A stretch of 62,911 nucleotides of DNA, counting the filler, from Octopus bimaculoides (lineage: Eukaryota): the NCBI RefSeq assembly GCF_001194135.2. It is 9 parts of 9 records of this genome, joined end to end, with 100 filler letters (N's around TTAATTAATTAA, not from the genome) between each part and the next. Parts side by side here need not be neighbours in the genome. Positions count along the whole stretch, not along the records: positions 1 to 19,904 come from NC_068992.1; 8 more parts are not named here. One strand, written 5' to 3'. The notes under the pieces were generated by a model, which made no database searches, had not been told where the DNA came from, and saw nothing but the letters and a program-made list of their open reading frames with translations. Shown here one piece after another: positions 1 through 12,934 of the stretch. A program made the translations under genes and the position numbers. Each line of letters opens with the position of its first letter. Position 1 is the first letter of the stretch.

Positions 1-589
1 TGATGCTGCTGGCCTCATCTTCACCTTCTGCCGTGAAGTTGGATCATCTGGGACACTTGGCAGTAAGAGGTCCAGTTTCATTTTGAAGACACCTACATCT
101 ACCCCATGCACGTCTCTCAGGTCCTTCGGGGGAATATTGACGAGCTGTGGTCCTTCTGAAACCCAGGCTGATGCAGTATGTCATCCTATATCTTGATGGC
201 AAATTTGGAGTCCTTGGCGCTATGCTGTGGCGCCCTGTTCTAGTATTTGTGTAACTCTCGATGCCAAAGTTTGGGACAAGTTCGTCCAGGATCCTCGAGA
301 TGTATATTATAGTATATCTTTCTCACCTAAACTCTAAGGAATAGAGTCTTAATCGCTTGAGTTTTTCCCAATAGCTTATATGCTGCAAAGAGTCTATCTT
401 CTTCGTGTAGCTTCGTTGGATTGCCTCAAGTTCTACAAGAAATTTGACACTGGTTGGTGACCATAACTGAGAGCAATAGCCAAAGCGACTTATGACAAGT
501 GTCCTCCAGAGGACCATCATGGTTTCCCGATCTCTTGTTCTAAAAGGTCTAAGAATCCATCCAGTCAGCCGCCTGCATTTCATTGCCAA
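1..589 (-). mobile_element. CR1-group LINE, degenerate ORF2 C-terminal fragment
   Basis: ORF 323..589(-) reads LWRTLVISRFGYCSQLWSP...ELEAIQRSYTKKI...SYWEKLKRLRLYSLE, the typical post-RT region of CR1/L2-type ORF2. It continues with frameshifts to base 1 and is homologous to 27756-28191. Confidence 0.85.
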
Positions 590-1589
590 GTTATATATAT
601 CTATCTATCTATCTATCTATCTATATATANNNNNNNNNNNNNNNNNNNNNNNNNNNNNNNNNNNNNNNNNNNNNNNNNNNNNNNNNNNNNNNNNNNNNNN
701 NNNNNNNNNNNNNNNNNNNNNNNNNNNNNNNNNNNNNNNNNNNNNNNNNNNNNNNNNNNNNNNNNNNNNNNNNNNNNNNNNNNNNNNNNNNNNNNNNNNN
801 NNNNNNNNNNNNNNNNNNNNNNNNNNNNNNNNNNNNNNNNNNNNNNNNNNNNNNNNNNNNNNNNNNNNNNNNNNNNNNNNNNNNNNNNNNNNNNNNNNNN
901 NNNNNNNNNNNNNNNNNNNNNNNNNNNNNNNNNNNNNNNNNNNNNNNNNNNNNNNNNNNNNNNNNNNNNNNNNNNNNNNNNNNNNNNNNNNNNNNNNNNN
1001 NNNNNNNNNNNNNNNNNNNNNNNNNNNNNNNNNNNNNNNNNNNNNNNNNNNNNNNNNNNNNNNNNNNNNNNNNNNNNNNNNNNNNNNNNNNNNNNNNNNN
1101 NNNNNNNNNNNNNNNNNNNNNNNNNNNNNNNNNNNNNNNNNNNNNNNNNNNNNNNNNNNNNNNNNNNNNNNNNNNNNNNNNNNNNNNNNNNNNNNNNNNN
1201 NNNNNNNNNNNNNNNNNNNNNNNNNNNNNNNNNNNNNNNNNNNNNNNNNNNNNNNNNNNNNNNNNNNNNNNNNNNNNNNNNNNNNNNNNNNNNNNNNNNN
1301 NNNNNNNNNNNNNNNNNNNNNNNNNNNNNNNNNNNNNNNNNNNNNNNNNNNNNNNNNNNNNNNNNNNNNNNNNNNNNNNNNNNNNNNNACTGAAACAAAT
1401 AAAAGACTAAACGAACGCGCGCGCGCACACAGACACAGACACACACACATACACACACATATGACCAGTGTGGCCGCAGTTAAATGACTGAAACAAATAA
1501 AAGACTAAACGAACGCGCGCGCGCACACAGACACAGACACACACACATACACACACACACACACACACACAGATATATTTGTACATCTG

Positions 1590-1690
1590 AACTTTTTGAA
1601 CTTCATCAATCATTTCTGTGAAAGAGCCTAGGGTCGAAACGTCAAAGACTTTTCCACTGTTACAGAGCGTCAAAGTAATACACTTGCTTG
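1590..1690 (+). mobile_element. Penelope-like terminal repeat (family P1) with eroded hammerhead motif
   Basis: TTTCTGTGAAAGAGCCTAGGGTCGAAACGTCAAAGACTTTTCCACT is homologous to 38515-38710(-) and 16995-17100(+). Confidence 0.55.
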
Positions 1691-1812
1691 TGTGTGTGTG
1701 TGTATGCGTGTGTGTGTGTGTTTGTATGTGTGTATGTATGTATGTATTTACGTGTGTGTATGTGTGTGTGTGTCTTCGTATGTGTGTGTTTGTGTTTGTT
1801 TTTGTGTATGAC

Positions 1813-1990
1813 TTCCCCACCACTTGACAACCGGAGATTGCATTGTTTACGTCTTTATAACACTTAGCGGTTCGTCAAAAGAAACTGATACAAAAATTAG
1901 TAACCTTTCAAACCAAGTACGGTGGCTCGATTTGTTTCTAGACACTGCTCCAGCGTGGCTGCAGTTCACTGACTGCAACAAATAAAAAAA
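1813..1990 (+). mobile_element. SINE family A, 3' half
   Basis: cttgacaacc...cttagcggttcg...tgctccagcgtggctgcagt..tgactg matches the family A tail. Confidence 0.8.
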
Positions 1991-2439
1991 AAAAACAGAT
2001 TATAAATGGAGACATTGAACTAATGCTTATTAAATCAATCTATTAATGGTTATTAAATGGAATTAAATAAGACAGGCGACACTAATGTTAAAATATAAAT
2101 CAATGTAAAAAGAAAAACTAAAATATACGTTAAAAATTCTTCTAACCATAATTACACAAACAAATTAACATGTGACGCACTCAAAAAGCTGACCACTCTC
2201 TAAACAGATCAGTTCAAAAGACTAGCACGTAAGTTCGTAATGGCCCACCCGGGAGACATTAAAAGATTAAGAATAGCCAAGACAAAATATTTGGTGGCAA
2301 CAAACACATAAATCCTAATCTCAGGAAACTTCGGTTTCCCACGTATGTCTTCAAGCCAGACTCAAAATCAGTCGACAAATATCATATTATGCATTGGTCT
2401 CAAATGTTGGCACAAAACCAGCAATTTTTTTCATTTTCC

Positions 2440-2588
2440 CGTCTACTAAATCCATCCACTTGAATGTTTTCGTCGGCCGGAAGCTATTGCAGAAGACACT
2501 TGCCCAAGGTGACGTGCAGTGAGACTGAAACCGGATCTGTGTTGTTGGGAAGCAAACCTTTTACCACACAGTCAGTCACATCTGCGCC
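2440..2588 (-). mobile_element. SINE family A, tRNA-like head
   Basis: The reverse complement gives ggcgcagatgtgactgactgtgtggtaaaaggtttgcttcccaac...ggtttcagtctcactgcacgtcaccttgggcaagtgtcttc. Confidence 0.8.
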
Positions 2589-2599
2589 TACGTAAGTTA

Positions 2600-2675
2600 T
2601 GTTGACCTCCTCAGAATTCGAATCCAGAACGTAATGAGTCGGAAGATATAACGGAAAGCACTTTTTTCCTGACGC
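2600..2675 (-). mobile_element. SINE family B fragment
   Basis: The reverse complement ttacgttctggattcgaattctgaggaggtcaac matches ttgcgttctgagttcaaattccgccgaggtcgac at 47970-48010. Confidence 0.55.
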
Positions 2676-2681
2676 TAACAA

Positions 2682-2720
<39 letters not shown>

Positions 2721-2725
2721 ATACA

Positions 2726-2808
<83 letters not shown>

Positions 2809-2869
2809 ACACACACACACACACACGCACGCACACAATAATCTTGTAGTTCAAACCCTCGTACATGTC

Positions 2870-3168
2870 AGGCTTTGAAAGTTCACAGAAGCGGAAGTAA
2901 ACATTTGTCCCTTATCAAAAGTGACGAAATAAAGGATACAGTCTCTTTTGACGTTTGTCATTTAATTATTTTCTCCAAGATATGATGCTCTGCGTTCAAT
3001 CAATAATAATAAGTCTAATTATCCATCTTTTGCTTTCCTTATTTTATTTTATCTTTGATGTCGTTGAACTTCTGACCTTCTGCCGGAAGTAAAAATTTCC
3101 TCCAGTTCTCCATTTTTTGATATGTAACAAATGTTTACTTCCTGTAACTGGTTAGCCACTAAAGCCAA
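2870..3168. mobile_element. MITE-like element bounded by ~55-bp imperfect inverted repeats
   Basis: A perfect 16-bp IR core, GGAAGTAAACATTTGT (2893-2908) / ACAAATGTTTACTTCC (3127-3142), extends imperfectly on both sides (tatcaaaa/ttttgata; ggcttt/aaagcc). Confidence 0.55.
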
Positions 3169-3473
3169 CTTAAGGGTTCTTAAAATTCGTAACTACTTTA
3201 AAACACTATAAAATAAGAAGAGGAGCTATATTATAAATGGCTAACGCTTGGAGTATGTTACATAACCGGAAAAGATTGTGGTTTCAAGAGTAACGAAAAT
3301 CTCAGTAAAATGGAAGGCAAAAACATGCTTGTTCTTCATTACACGTTGTCGGTCGGTATCGGAATATTTTGAAATTTTATTTACAATAACCATTTGTATC
3401 TGACACAAAGTGTGTCTAAGTATCTCTGGGTGTGAAAATATGTTTCTTTCTTACATTTTTACACTTTTTAATT

Positions 3474-3735
3474 TTTTACAGGTTTCAGTCATTTGACTGC
3501 GACCATGCTGGAGCACCGCCTTTTAGTCGAAGAAATCGACTCCCGGTCTTATTCTTTGTAAGCTTAGTAATTATTCTACCGATTTCTTTTACCGAACCGC
3601 TAAGTTACGTGGACGTAAGTGCATCAACATTGGTTGTCAATTGACGGTTGGGGGACACACACAAATGCATATGTACACACATATATATATATATATACAT
3701 ACGACGTGCTTCTTTCAATTTCCGTCCCAATACCA
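3474..3735 (-). mobile_element. SINE family A, tail plus internal microsatellite plus end of head
   Basis: tttcagtcatttgactgcgaccatgctggagcaccgcc...gaaccgctaagttacg, then (TA)n, then acgacgtgcttctttcaatttccgtc. Confidence 0.85.
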
Positions 3736-3831
3736 GGCAATGCTTTGTGAGTGAATTTGGTCGATGGCAACTGTATAGAGCCCGTCGTACATCTAACTAT
3801 TTAGGTATCGATAGATAGATAGACATACATT

Positions 3832-3913
<82 letters not shown>

Positions 3914-4739
3914 NNNNNNNNNNNNNNNNNNNNNNNNNNNNNNNNNNNNNNNNNNNNNNNNNNNNNNNNNNNNNNNNNNNNNNNNNNNNNNNNNNNNNNN
4001 NNNNNNNNNNNNNNNNNNNNNNNNNNNNNNNNNNNNNNNNNNNNNNNNNNNNNNNNNNNNNNNNNNNNNNNNNNNNNNNNNNNNNNNNNNNNNNNNNNNN
4101 NNNNNNNNNNNNNNNNNNNNNNNNNNNNNNNNNNNNNNNNNNNNNNNNNNNNNNNNNNNNNNNNNNNNNNNNNNNNNNNNNNNNNNNNNNNNNNNNNNNN
4201 NNNNNNNNNNNNNNNNNNNNNNNNNNNNNNNNNNNNNNNNNNNNNNNNNNNNNNNNNNNNNNNNNNNNNNNNNNNNNNNNNNNNNNNNNNNNNNNNNNNN
4301 NNNNNNNNNNNNNNNNNNNNNNNNNNNNNNNNNNNNNNNNNNNNNNNNNNNNNNNNNNNNNNNNNNNNNNNNNNNNNNNNNNNNNNNNNNNNNNNNNNNN
4401 NNNNNNNNNNNNNNNNNNNNNNNNNNNNNNNNNNNNNNNNNNNNNNNNNNNNNNNNNNNNNNNNNNNNNNNNNNNNNNNNNNNNNNNNNNNNNNNNNNNN
4501 NNNNNNNNNNNNNNNNNNNNNNNNNNNNNNNNNNNNNNNNNNNNNNNNNNNNNNNNNNNNNNNNNNNNNNNNNNNNNNNNNNNNNNNNNNNNNNNNNNNN
4601 NNNNNNNNNNNNNNNNNNNNNNNNNNNNNNNNNNNNNNNNNNNNNNNNNNNNNNNNNNNNNNNNNNNNNNNNNNNNNNNNNNNNNNNNNNNNNNNNNNNN
4701 NNNNNNNNNNNNNNNNNNNNNNNNNNNNNNNNNNNNNNN

Positions 4740-4825
<86 letters not shown>

Positions 4826-6489
4826 CAACAGACTATTTGCTTCTTTCTTTTCTTCCTCTCTTGACTTTCTACTTTTTCCGACAATGAGTCAAATAGCTCC
4901 AAACGTTATTTCGTTTCCTATTTTTTTCTTTCTAAAATCTTTGCTGAATTTCAATACCAGTGTGTGACTTTTTGATTCTGTTTGCCCTCTATCACCGCTT
5001 GACAATTGGTTTTAGTTTGTGTACCCGAAACAAAGCAAAAGAAACTGACAGAATAATTACCAGATTTAGAACGTATCAGTGAGACTGATTTGTTCGACTA
5101 AACCCTTCATGGTGGTGTCCCAGAACCGCTGTTTCAGTCCAATGACCGAAGTTAAGTAAACGTTATAAGATATAGCTCGTAACTCTTTTAGAATAGCGAT
5201 GGGTTAAGTACTTCAAATGAAAACTAGTTCTTGAGTTCATTATAAATAAAAAGGAAAGCGCACAACTTCGTATTACTTTTCTAATAATTGATTAAGAAAT
5301 AAATTGAACTTCCTCGCTTCATGACAAATATGTACTTGAAACACATAAAGAATATCGTTTTTTTATGATATTAAGCTTGATTTTTCTTGTATTATTTCTC
5401 TTTTTCATTAATAGCCTTCCGAATCACCTCCCACTTTTTGTTCTTTTTTTTTTCAATAATCTTGCCTCGAAGTTTTGCATTTTAAATAAATGTTCTTCCT
5501 CAATGTTTTTTTTCTTTCATTTCACAAGAATTTCAAGTTCCCTCTCGTAACGATGCCCCTTAGGCAATTGTGTCTTACAATAATTCCCCCATAGGCTAAA
5601 GGCTGTGAAATATAGATCGACACACATAAATTAAGTTGCACAGCCCTAGACTGAGAAATAAAATATATGAACTGTTATACTTGAATGTCCACTAAAACGC
5701 GATGTCAAATTCTATATATGTATAGAAGCTGACGGAATGACAACGAAAAAAAAAACAAAAAGAAAAAAATGAAGAGAACAGTAATGTTCTTATATTAAGA
5801 TGTCTTCCAGAATATTCTAGTTTTTGAAAAGAGAATTAATAAAAATTTGAATATCACGAAATGCCGAGAAATGTGGAAATGAAAATGAAAAAATATAAGT
5901 TTAAGAGCTTTAATAATGCAAAAACAAATATAGTAAATATGAAAACAACAAAATGAAATAAAATAAATTGGAAAAGTAAAGCAAAAAATATTTGCATAAA
6001 CTTTAATAAGTAGAAACAACTTTACGAGACAAATTTAAAGCAATGAAGATAAAATGGAATCTGATCAAAAACATGGCATCTAATCTGGTGTTATTTAACC
6101 CTAGGATGACCCTGAACCCATTTTAAACACAGCCTTTTAATTTTGTGATTTGTCGAAATTTTGAAGGTAGTTATACAAATAGGAATAACAGACATATGGA
6201 AGCGTCCAGTTAGCCTTTACTGCAGTGAATAAACCAAATAGAACTGTCCTCAAGCGAGAATAGTGGGTTAATATGGCTTAATGAGCAGAGCCATGATCAA
6301 AGATGCTTCTGCCGTGACTATTTAGTGACTCTCACCCGAAGAACGGAAGGGTAAAAGAAGACAATGCAGTTTTCGTTTAGCTTTCCATCTACTACTGTCA
6401 GAAAACCTTCGAGTGGACCTTACTCTCTGTCACAAGTGTTATAGTAGGGACTTCTCTCGTGCACCACCAGTTTGTTTCCCCTCATCTTT

Positions 6490-6815
6490 TATCATTTATT
6501 TGTTTCAATCAATAGACTGCGGCCATGCTGGGGGACCACCTTGAAGAATTTTAGTCAAAGGAATAAAACTTAGCAGTTATTTTTTTAAAAGCCAGGTTCT
6601 TATATTGTTGGTCTCCTTTGACGAACCAATATAAACACACCGACACCAGTTGTAATGTAGTGATGAGTAGAGTGGGGGGGACAAACACAGACACAAAGGC
6701 ACATAGACATAGATATACACATATACGACGGGTTTATTCAGTTTCATTCTACCAAATCCACTCACAAGTCTTTAGCTAGCTCGAGGCTAAAGTAGAAGAC
6801 ACTTGCACAAGACGC
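6490..6815 (-). mobile_element. SINE family A, 5'-truncated
   Basis: gactgcggccatgctggggg...cagtttcattctaccaaatccactcacaag...agtagaagacacttgc. Confidence 0.8.
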
Positions 6816-7240
6816 CACTCAGTGGAACAGCGCTTTTATCTCAGTCCCTGCTACTGGAAACAGACCCAGAATGTCTCAGTTATTTAAGAGTTTATACAGT
6901 CCTCTCTCGATTGCAATCGTTTCTTGTTACTTCAGAACTCACTAACCGCCCGTACTCTACTGAAAATGTGATGGAGCGCCTAGGATCAACATTACGGCCA
7001 ATGTTTCTTGTTATTTATCTCGTATTACGACACCTCATTCTCTTCAGCACCAGCCTATCGATAGATGACTGTCATAGGAACTCTGTCTGATTTCTTTCTT
7101 CGATCGTTATCTTGAAAGCAAGACACACACCGTCGTATGTCTTGCCATTGGTTGGATCATCTTGTAATTTGTTATTTGATGGCATATTGAATGTCCTTCG
7201 GGTTTTTTTTTTTAGAAAGGCAGAGTTACGCAAAATTTCG

Positions 7241-7816
7241 AGTTGGCTTTTCGTTCCAACTTCCTGTCCATGACAAAATCACAGACCACAGCATACGCAA
7301 ATTTCAGACTACAAAACCACAAATTTCACAAATTACGAAGTAAACACAGCGATGTCAATGAAATCCTTCAAAACGTCATAGTAGAACCCTCGATCGACAG
7401 TCTGGCTCTGGGGGACGAATTCCCGATGCACAATACCGCGGATGTCGATAAAAATGATGCGCATGCTCTTGATTTAGCTGCACTCAAAATATTGCGTACG
7501 ACCCTTTGCCTCGTCGCCGTAAGCAGACTCATCAAGTTTAACGCATAATTTCTCAGTAGCAGGCACACGAAGTTTAACACAAAATTTCACGTTGGCTCTT
7601 CGCTCCAGCTTCCTGTCCGTGACAAAATCGCAGATTACAGCATACATGTGATCACAAAGACACAAATTTCACAACTTATGAAGTAAACACAGCAACGTCA
7701 CTCGGCACACTGCCTCATGAAGGTTGCTGCTAGCTCTCACTGTCCGTGCAACTATATGCTGCCATTCGTTGGCGCGCTACAGAACTAGTCCGGGAACTCT
7801 TTGATGCCATCTCGTA
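7241..7816 (-). mobile_element. Internally deleted mariner with a duplicated 5' segment
   Basis: The 5' TIR TA-CGAGATGGCATCAAAGAGTTCCCGGAC is at 7788-7816. The N-terminus DRKLERRANVKFCVKL...AYGDEAKGRTQYFE (7474-7665) is fused to the catalytic-region peptide IIFIDIRGIVHREFVP..TVDRGFYYDVLK (7360-7465). 7241-7356 duplicates 7591-7700. Confidence 0.85.
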
Positions 7817-8192
7817 TATCATTTTCTCAATTCCTTTTTTTATCAATAATCGTTTCATTCGAATCAACACTGCTCCTGTACACATTAACTCCCACACAAA
7901 TATCTAGATAAAACGATCCACGAGGAAAAAGATCGCGTCAAAGTTTTCTACACATAAAAATGCTAGCTCTTAGCTTCGTAATATCTCTGAAAAAAAGGTC
8001 TTTACTGAAAAACTGACATGAAAGCTCATGACCATAAAAGCTCTGTCACTAATAGGTCTGTGTCTAATTCATGGTGCCACGAAAAGACGAGTGCTAAATG
8101 AACAAAGAAATATATGTATGTACGTATGTATGTATGTATGTATGTATGTATGTATGTATGTATGTGTGTATGCGTTTGTGTGTGTCTATGTA

Positions 8193-8491
8193 TTGTTGTT
8201 GGCACTCCGTCGCTTACAACGTCGAGGGTTCCAGTTGATCCGATCAACGGAACAGCCTGCTCGTGAAATTAGCGTGCAAGTGGCTGAGCACTCCACAGAC
8301 ACGTGTACCCTTAACGCAGTTCTCGGGGAGATTCAGATTGACACACAGTTTGACACACAGTTCGCCACCATCCACTGCCGGAGCCTCGTGGAGCTTTAGG
8401 TGTTTTCGCTCAATAAACACTCACAACGCCCAGTCGGGGATTCGAAACCGCGATCCTATGACCGCGAGTCCACTGGGCCATTGCGCCTCCA
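8193..8491 (-). mobile_element. SINE family C with internal deletion
   Basis: The head tggaggcgcaatggcccagtgg and the tail gacggagtgccaacaacaa are both present; homologous to 20024-20412. Confidence 0.9.
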
Positions 8492-9054
8492 CTATGTCTA
8501 TGTATGTACGTAAGTATATATATGTATGAATGCATGCTTTGATGCATGTATGTATGTATCTACGTATTATGCCCTGGGAGTAACTTTGAACGCATTCAGC
8601 AGAGAGGCTCTGGTTTTGAAGTCCCAGTGTTTGCAGGAAAGTAGAGTCACCTATTAGTTAGCATTGGTTCCATTTAGATACAGTCTAAATGGTTGCCTGC
8701 AAATAATCGGCACGCCGTACAATCCTCTCCGACAATCGTATTTTCAGATGCATGAATTAACAGTATAAGAGTATCTCGTATTTATATCCAGTGTATATGG
8801 AATGTATATACCACACTGGGAATTATGAAAAAAGAAAACACAATATTAATTATCTTCACATGTTTTTTTCGGCTTAATTTCAGCCAGAGTCTCAAATTCT
8901 CCCTTTTTAAATGCCAAATAGTTGAAGGTATTTAAATCTGCACAGCTGTTGGACGGCAGAGATTAACGCGGTCGCACTCGCACGTACACGCACGCACGCA
9001 CACACTAATACTCACACTCACACTCACACTCACACTCACACGTGTATATATATG

Positions 9055-9216
9055 GGTGCAGGCATGGCTGTGTGGTAAGAAGTTTGCTTCCCAACCACAT
9101 GGTTCTGGGTTCAGTCCCACTGCGTGGCACCTTCTGTGAGTGTCTATTACTTTAGCCTCAAGCCGACCAAAGCCTTGTAAGTGGATTTGGTAGGCAGCAA
9201 CTGAAAGAACCCCGTC

Positions 9217-9220
<4 letters not shown>
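9055..9220 (+). mobile_element. SINE family A head, running into (TA)n and a gap
   Basis: A-box TGGCTGTGTGG and B-box GGTTCAGTCCC; ends gaaagaaccccgtcgtata. Confidence 0.9.
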
Positions 9221-9250
<30 letters not shown>

Positions 9251-9812
9251 NNNNNNNNNNNNNNNNNNNNNNNNNNNNNNNNNNNNNNNNNNNNNNNNNN
9301 NNNNNNNNNNNNNNNNNNNNNNNNNNNNNNNNNNNNNNNNNNNNNNNNNNNNNNNNNNNNNNNNNNNNNNNNNNNNNNNNNNNNNNNNNNNNNNNNNNNN
9401 NNNNNNNNNNNNNNNNNNNNNNNNNNNNNNNNNNNNNNNNNNNNNNNNNNNNNNNNNNNNNNNNNNNNNNNNNNNNNNNNNNNNNNNNNNNNNNNNNNNN
9501 NNNNNNNNNNNNNNNNNNNNNNNNNNNNNNNNNNNNNNNNNNNNNNNNNNNNNNNNNNNNNNNNNNNNNNNNNNNNNNNNNNNNNNNNNNNNNNNNNNNN
9601 NNNNNNNNNNNNNNNNNNNNNNNNNNNNNNNNNNNNNNNNNNNNNNNNNNNNNNNNNNNNNNNNNNNNNNNNNNNNNNNNNNNNNNNNNNNNNNNNNNNN
9701 NNNNNNNNNNNNNNNNNNNNNNNNNNNNNNNNNNNNNNNNNNNNNNNNNNNNNNNNNNNNNNNNNNNNNNNNNNNNNNNNNNNNNNNNNNNNNNNNNNNN
9801 NNNNNNNNNNNN

Positions 9813-9846
<34 letters not shown>

Positions 9847-9989
9847 TGTAGCTACATGACCAACCATATAAGCTATAGACTGTCACCATTGCTCATACAC
9901 TGTACAATACACAATCATTTTGTCACATAGATATGTGCATATGCACATTATACACACAGTCAAACGAACGCAGATACTTGATATATAAC

Positions 9990-10040
9990 TATTGGGTTGG
10001 TGCATAATTATTGCTGTTCTTTTTCAACAAATTTTATCTA
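9990..10040 (+). mobile_element. Solo Hsmar1-like mariner TIR
   Basis: TA-TTGGGTTGGTGCATAATTATTGCTGTTCTTTTTCAACAAATTTTAT matches the TIR of 32093-32347. Confidence 0.7.
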
Positions 10041-10589
10041 TTGTGGTTTTAGTCATCACCATGCAAACCTATATCAGTAAAAAGGTTTTTTAAAACTTCT
10101 GACGGTCGAAAGAAATTTCAAAGGATCCCGTTCCTTTTCTGCTTTCCCGTCTATCTTTTTATTATAATTTTTTTTTCTTTTTTGCTCGTTTTCTCCTCTG
10201 TTAGCATTTGACTCCCCCTTCTCTATAAGAATCGATATTTCTTCTCATCCTGTCATGGTTTATAAAATATATAACTCATATACTAATATGAATCCGATTT
10301 TTTGTGTGATCCCTACAAATAAGACTTACCCCTCCACACCAACAATACATTTTTGGTTATCTGTCAGTTTGCGAAATCTTCATAAACATCACCGAAAAAT
10401 GCGGTCGGTCTTTTGAGAAGAGTTTCGCAGCGATTTTTAGAAGGCTGATAGGCCATGTAGAAGTTCACTCGTCCGCTCCTAGAAGCAATGTTATAAGGGG
10501 ATTTAACTTAGGTTCAACGCTTGAGATATGTGGACAGGTAAATGTATATCTGATTATTAAAGATACCGTTACACAACTAACAAATTCAT

Positions 10590-10760
10590 AAGGAAGCCGG
10601 ACAAAATGCTTTGCGACATTTCTTCCGTCTTTACGTTCTTAACTCAAATTCTGCCGAGATTGACTTTGTCTTTCATCTTTTCGGAATCGATAAAACAACG
10701 ATAGCACCACCAAAATTTCAGGCCTTGTGCTTATAGTAGAAGGAAATATTGATCTCAGAA
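10590..10760 (+). mobile_element. SINE family B, degenerate
   Basis: aaatgctttgcgacatttcttccgtctttacgttcttaactcaaattctgccgagattgactttgtctttcatcttttcggaatcgataaaa matches 47915-48075. Confidence 0.75.
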
Positions 10761-10806
10761 GAAAGAGAGACAAAGACAACCCAAGCTTAATTTTGCAACT
10801 AAATAC

Positions 10807-10929
10807 CCCCGGGCAGTTTGTTCGCCGCTCTTTTTAATTCTGCCAATTGACACTGCAGCATGAGATTGTTAAGAGTGACACGTGGCTTGTCGTCTCGCAG
10901 CAGTGCTCTGTTCAAGCCATCTTGTCGGC
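10807..10929 (-). other. Candidate 123-nt phase 1-1 coding exon of an unidentified gene (alternative: LINE remnant)
   Basis: Acceptor tttttatatcttcttttctctgcatAG and donor GGG|GTATTT. Only one frame is open: GRQDGLNRALLRDDKPRVTLNNLMLQCQLAELKRAANKLPG. Confidence 0.3.
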
Positions 10930-10988
10930 CTATGCAGAGAAAAGAAGATATAAAAATGGCGCCAGTGCATTTCCCACCCTCCTCCATT

Positions 10989-11775
10989 CTTCTTCTTCTT
11001 CTTCTTCTTCTTCTTCTTCTTCTTCTTCTTCTTCTTCTTCTTCTCCTCCCTCTTTTTCTTCTTCTTCTTCTTCTTCTTCTTCTTCTTCTTCTTCTTCTTC
11101 TCCTCCCTCTTTTTCTTCTTCTTCTTCTTCTTCTTCTTCTNNNNNNNNNNNNNNNNNNNNNNNNNNNNNNNNNNNNNNNNNNNNNNNNNNNNNNNNNNNN
11201 NNNNNNNNNNNNNNNNNNNNNNNNNNNNNNNNNNNNNNNNNNNNNNNNNNNNNNNNNNNNNNNNNNNNNNNNNNNNNNNNNNNNNNNNNNNNNNNNNNNN
11301 NNNNNNNNNNNNNNNNNNNNNNNNNNNNNNNNNNNNNNNNNNNNNNNNNNTCTTCTTCTTCTTCTTCTTCTTCTCCCTCTTCTTCTTCTTCTTCTTCTTC
11401 TTCTTCTTCATCATCTCTTCTTCTTCTTCTTCTTCTTCTTCTTCTTCTTCTTCTTCTCCTCCCTCTTCTTCTTCTTCTTCTTCTTCTTCTTCTTCTTCAT
11501 CATCTCTTCTTCTTCTTCTTCTTCTTTCTTTTCTTCTCCCTCTTCTTCTTCTTTCTTTTCTTCTCCCTCTTCTTCTTCTTCTTCTTCTTCTTCTCCTCCC
11601 TCTTCTTCTTCTTCTTCTTCTTCTTCTTCTTCATCTTCTTCTTCTTCTTCTTCTTCTTCTTCTTCTTCTTCTTCTTCTTCTTCTTCTTTCTCTTCTACTT
11701 CCTCTCTTCTTCTTCTTCTTCTTCTTCTTCTTCTTCTTCTTCTTCTTCTTCTTCTTCTTCTTCTTCTTCTTCTCC
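10989..11775. repeat. (TCT)n trinucleotide array with variant units, interrupted by a gap
   Basis: Directly visible. Confidence 0.98.
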
Positions 11776-11925
11776 TCCTGCCCCTTCTTTTCCTCCTGTC
11801 TTTAATCAGTGCATGGCAACTCGTTAGTTTTCTTCGGTGGTGCAGAATTATCCAGCAAAGTTACCGGACTCTCTGATGATGATAAATACCAGACTAAAAC
11901 CATTTATACCCGCCTACTGTGACAA

Positions 11926-11960
<35 letters not shown>

Positions 11961-12084
11961 AAAACCAATAAAAAAAACAGACAAAAAAGATTGGCCGAGT
12001 GCCATGTCAAACGTTATCATTCATTTCTCGTAATTTAATCAGTATATTGCTAAAATATATGCAAGTGTGTGTGTGTCTGTCAGC

Positions 12085-12123
<39 letters not shown>

Positions 12124-12597
12124 CATACAAACATATATATATGCATATATCTACATATATATATATGTATGTATGTATGTGTGTATATGCTTATATATGC
12201 CTCTGTGTGTCTGTTGGGTTTATGATTGTTGTGGTGATGACAGTAACGGGGTTAGATGAAAAAAAGCAACCGTTGATATCATCTAAAGAAAATTAGTAAG
12301 TAGAATAAAGAAGCGAATACATATATGAGAGATATATTTTGACACAAATAGAATGTACTTCTTCACACATTGGTGATAGCAGGCAGCAGAAATAAAGCAT
12401 GTAAGAGAGGGGAGAGAGAGAGAGAGGGAGAGAGAGGGAGGGAGAGAGAGATAGAGGGAGAGAGAGATAAGGGGAGAGAATGAAAGAAAGAAAAGGAGAA
12501 AGACTATAAGAAATATGCACTTAGACGAAGGAGAGAAAATGAAAATCAGTTAAAAAAGAGTGGAGAGAGAGAGAGAGACAGCAGAGAGAGACAGAAG

Positions 12598-12684
<87 letters not shown>

Positions 12685-12726
12685 GACTGAAGAAAAGGGA
12701 TGAAAAGTGAGACAAGAATAAAGAAT

Positions 12727-12765
<39 letters not shown>

Positions 12766-12896
12766 TGAGAAGGAGAGACATTGAGAGAGAAAAGAATAAC
12801 AACAAAGAGCAAACAGCAAAACAAAAATTAAAAGTTTTATTAAGAATTTGGAGAAATTGGGTGTATTTATGTGTATGTATGTATATATGTATGTAA

Positions 12897-12934
<38 letters not shown>

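Noticed and set aside
2890-3145. ETS-motif (GGAAGT) promoter cluster
   Set aside because: The main motifs are the two arms of an inverted repeat and are better explained as a MITE.
9055-9130. tRNA genes
   Set aside because: The A/B-box heads run into SINE bodies, and I saw no complete cloverleaf with an acceptor stem.
10330-10478. 149-nt minus-strand exon with good AG and GTAAGT signals
   Set aside because: All three frames contain stops, and one frame resembles the LINE RT RPISLL motif.
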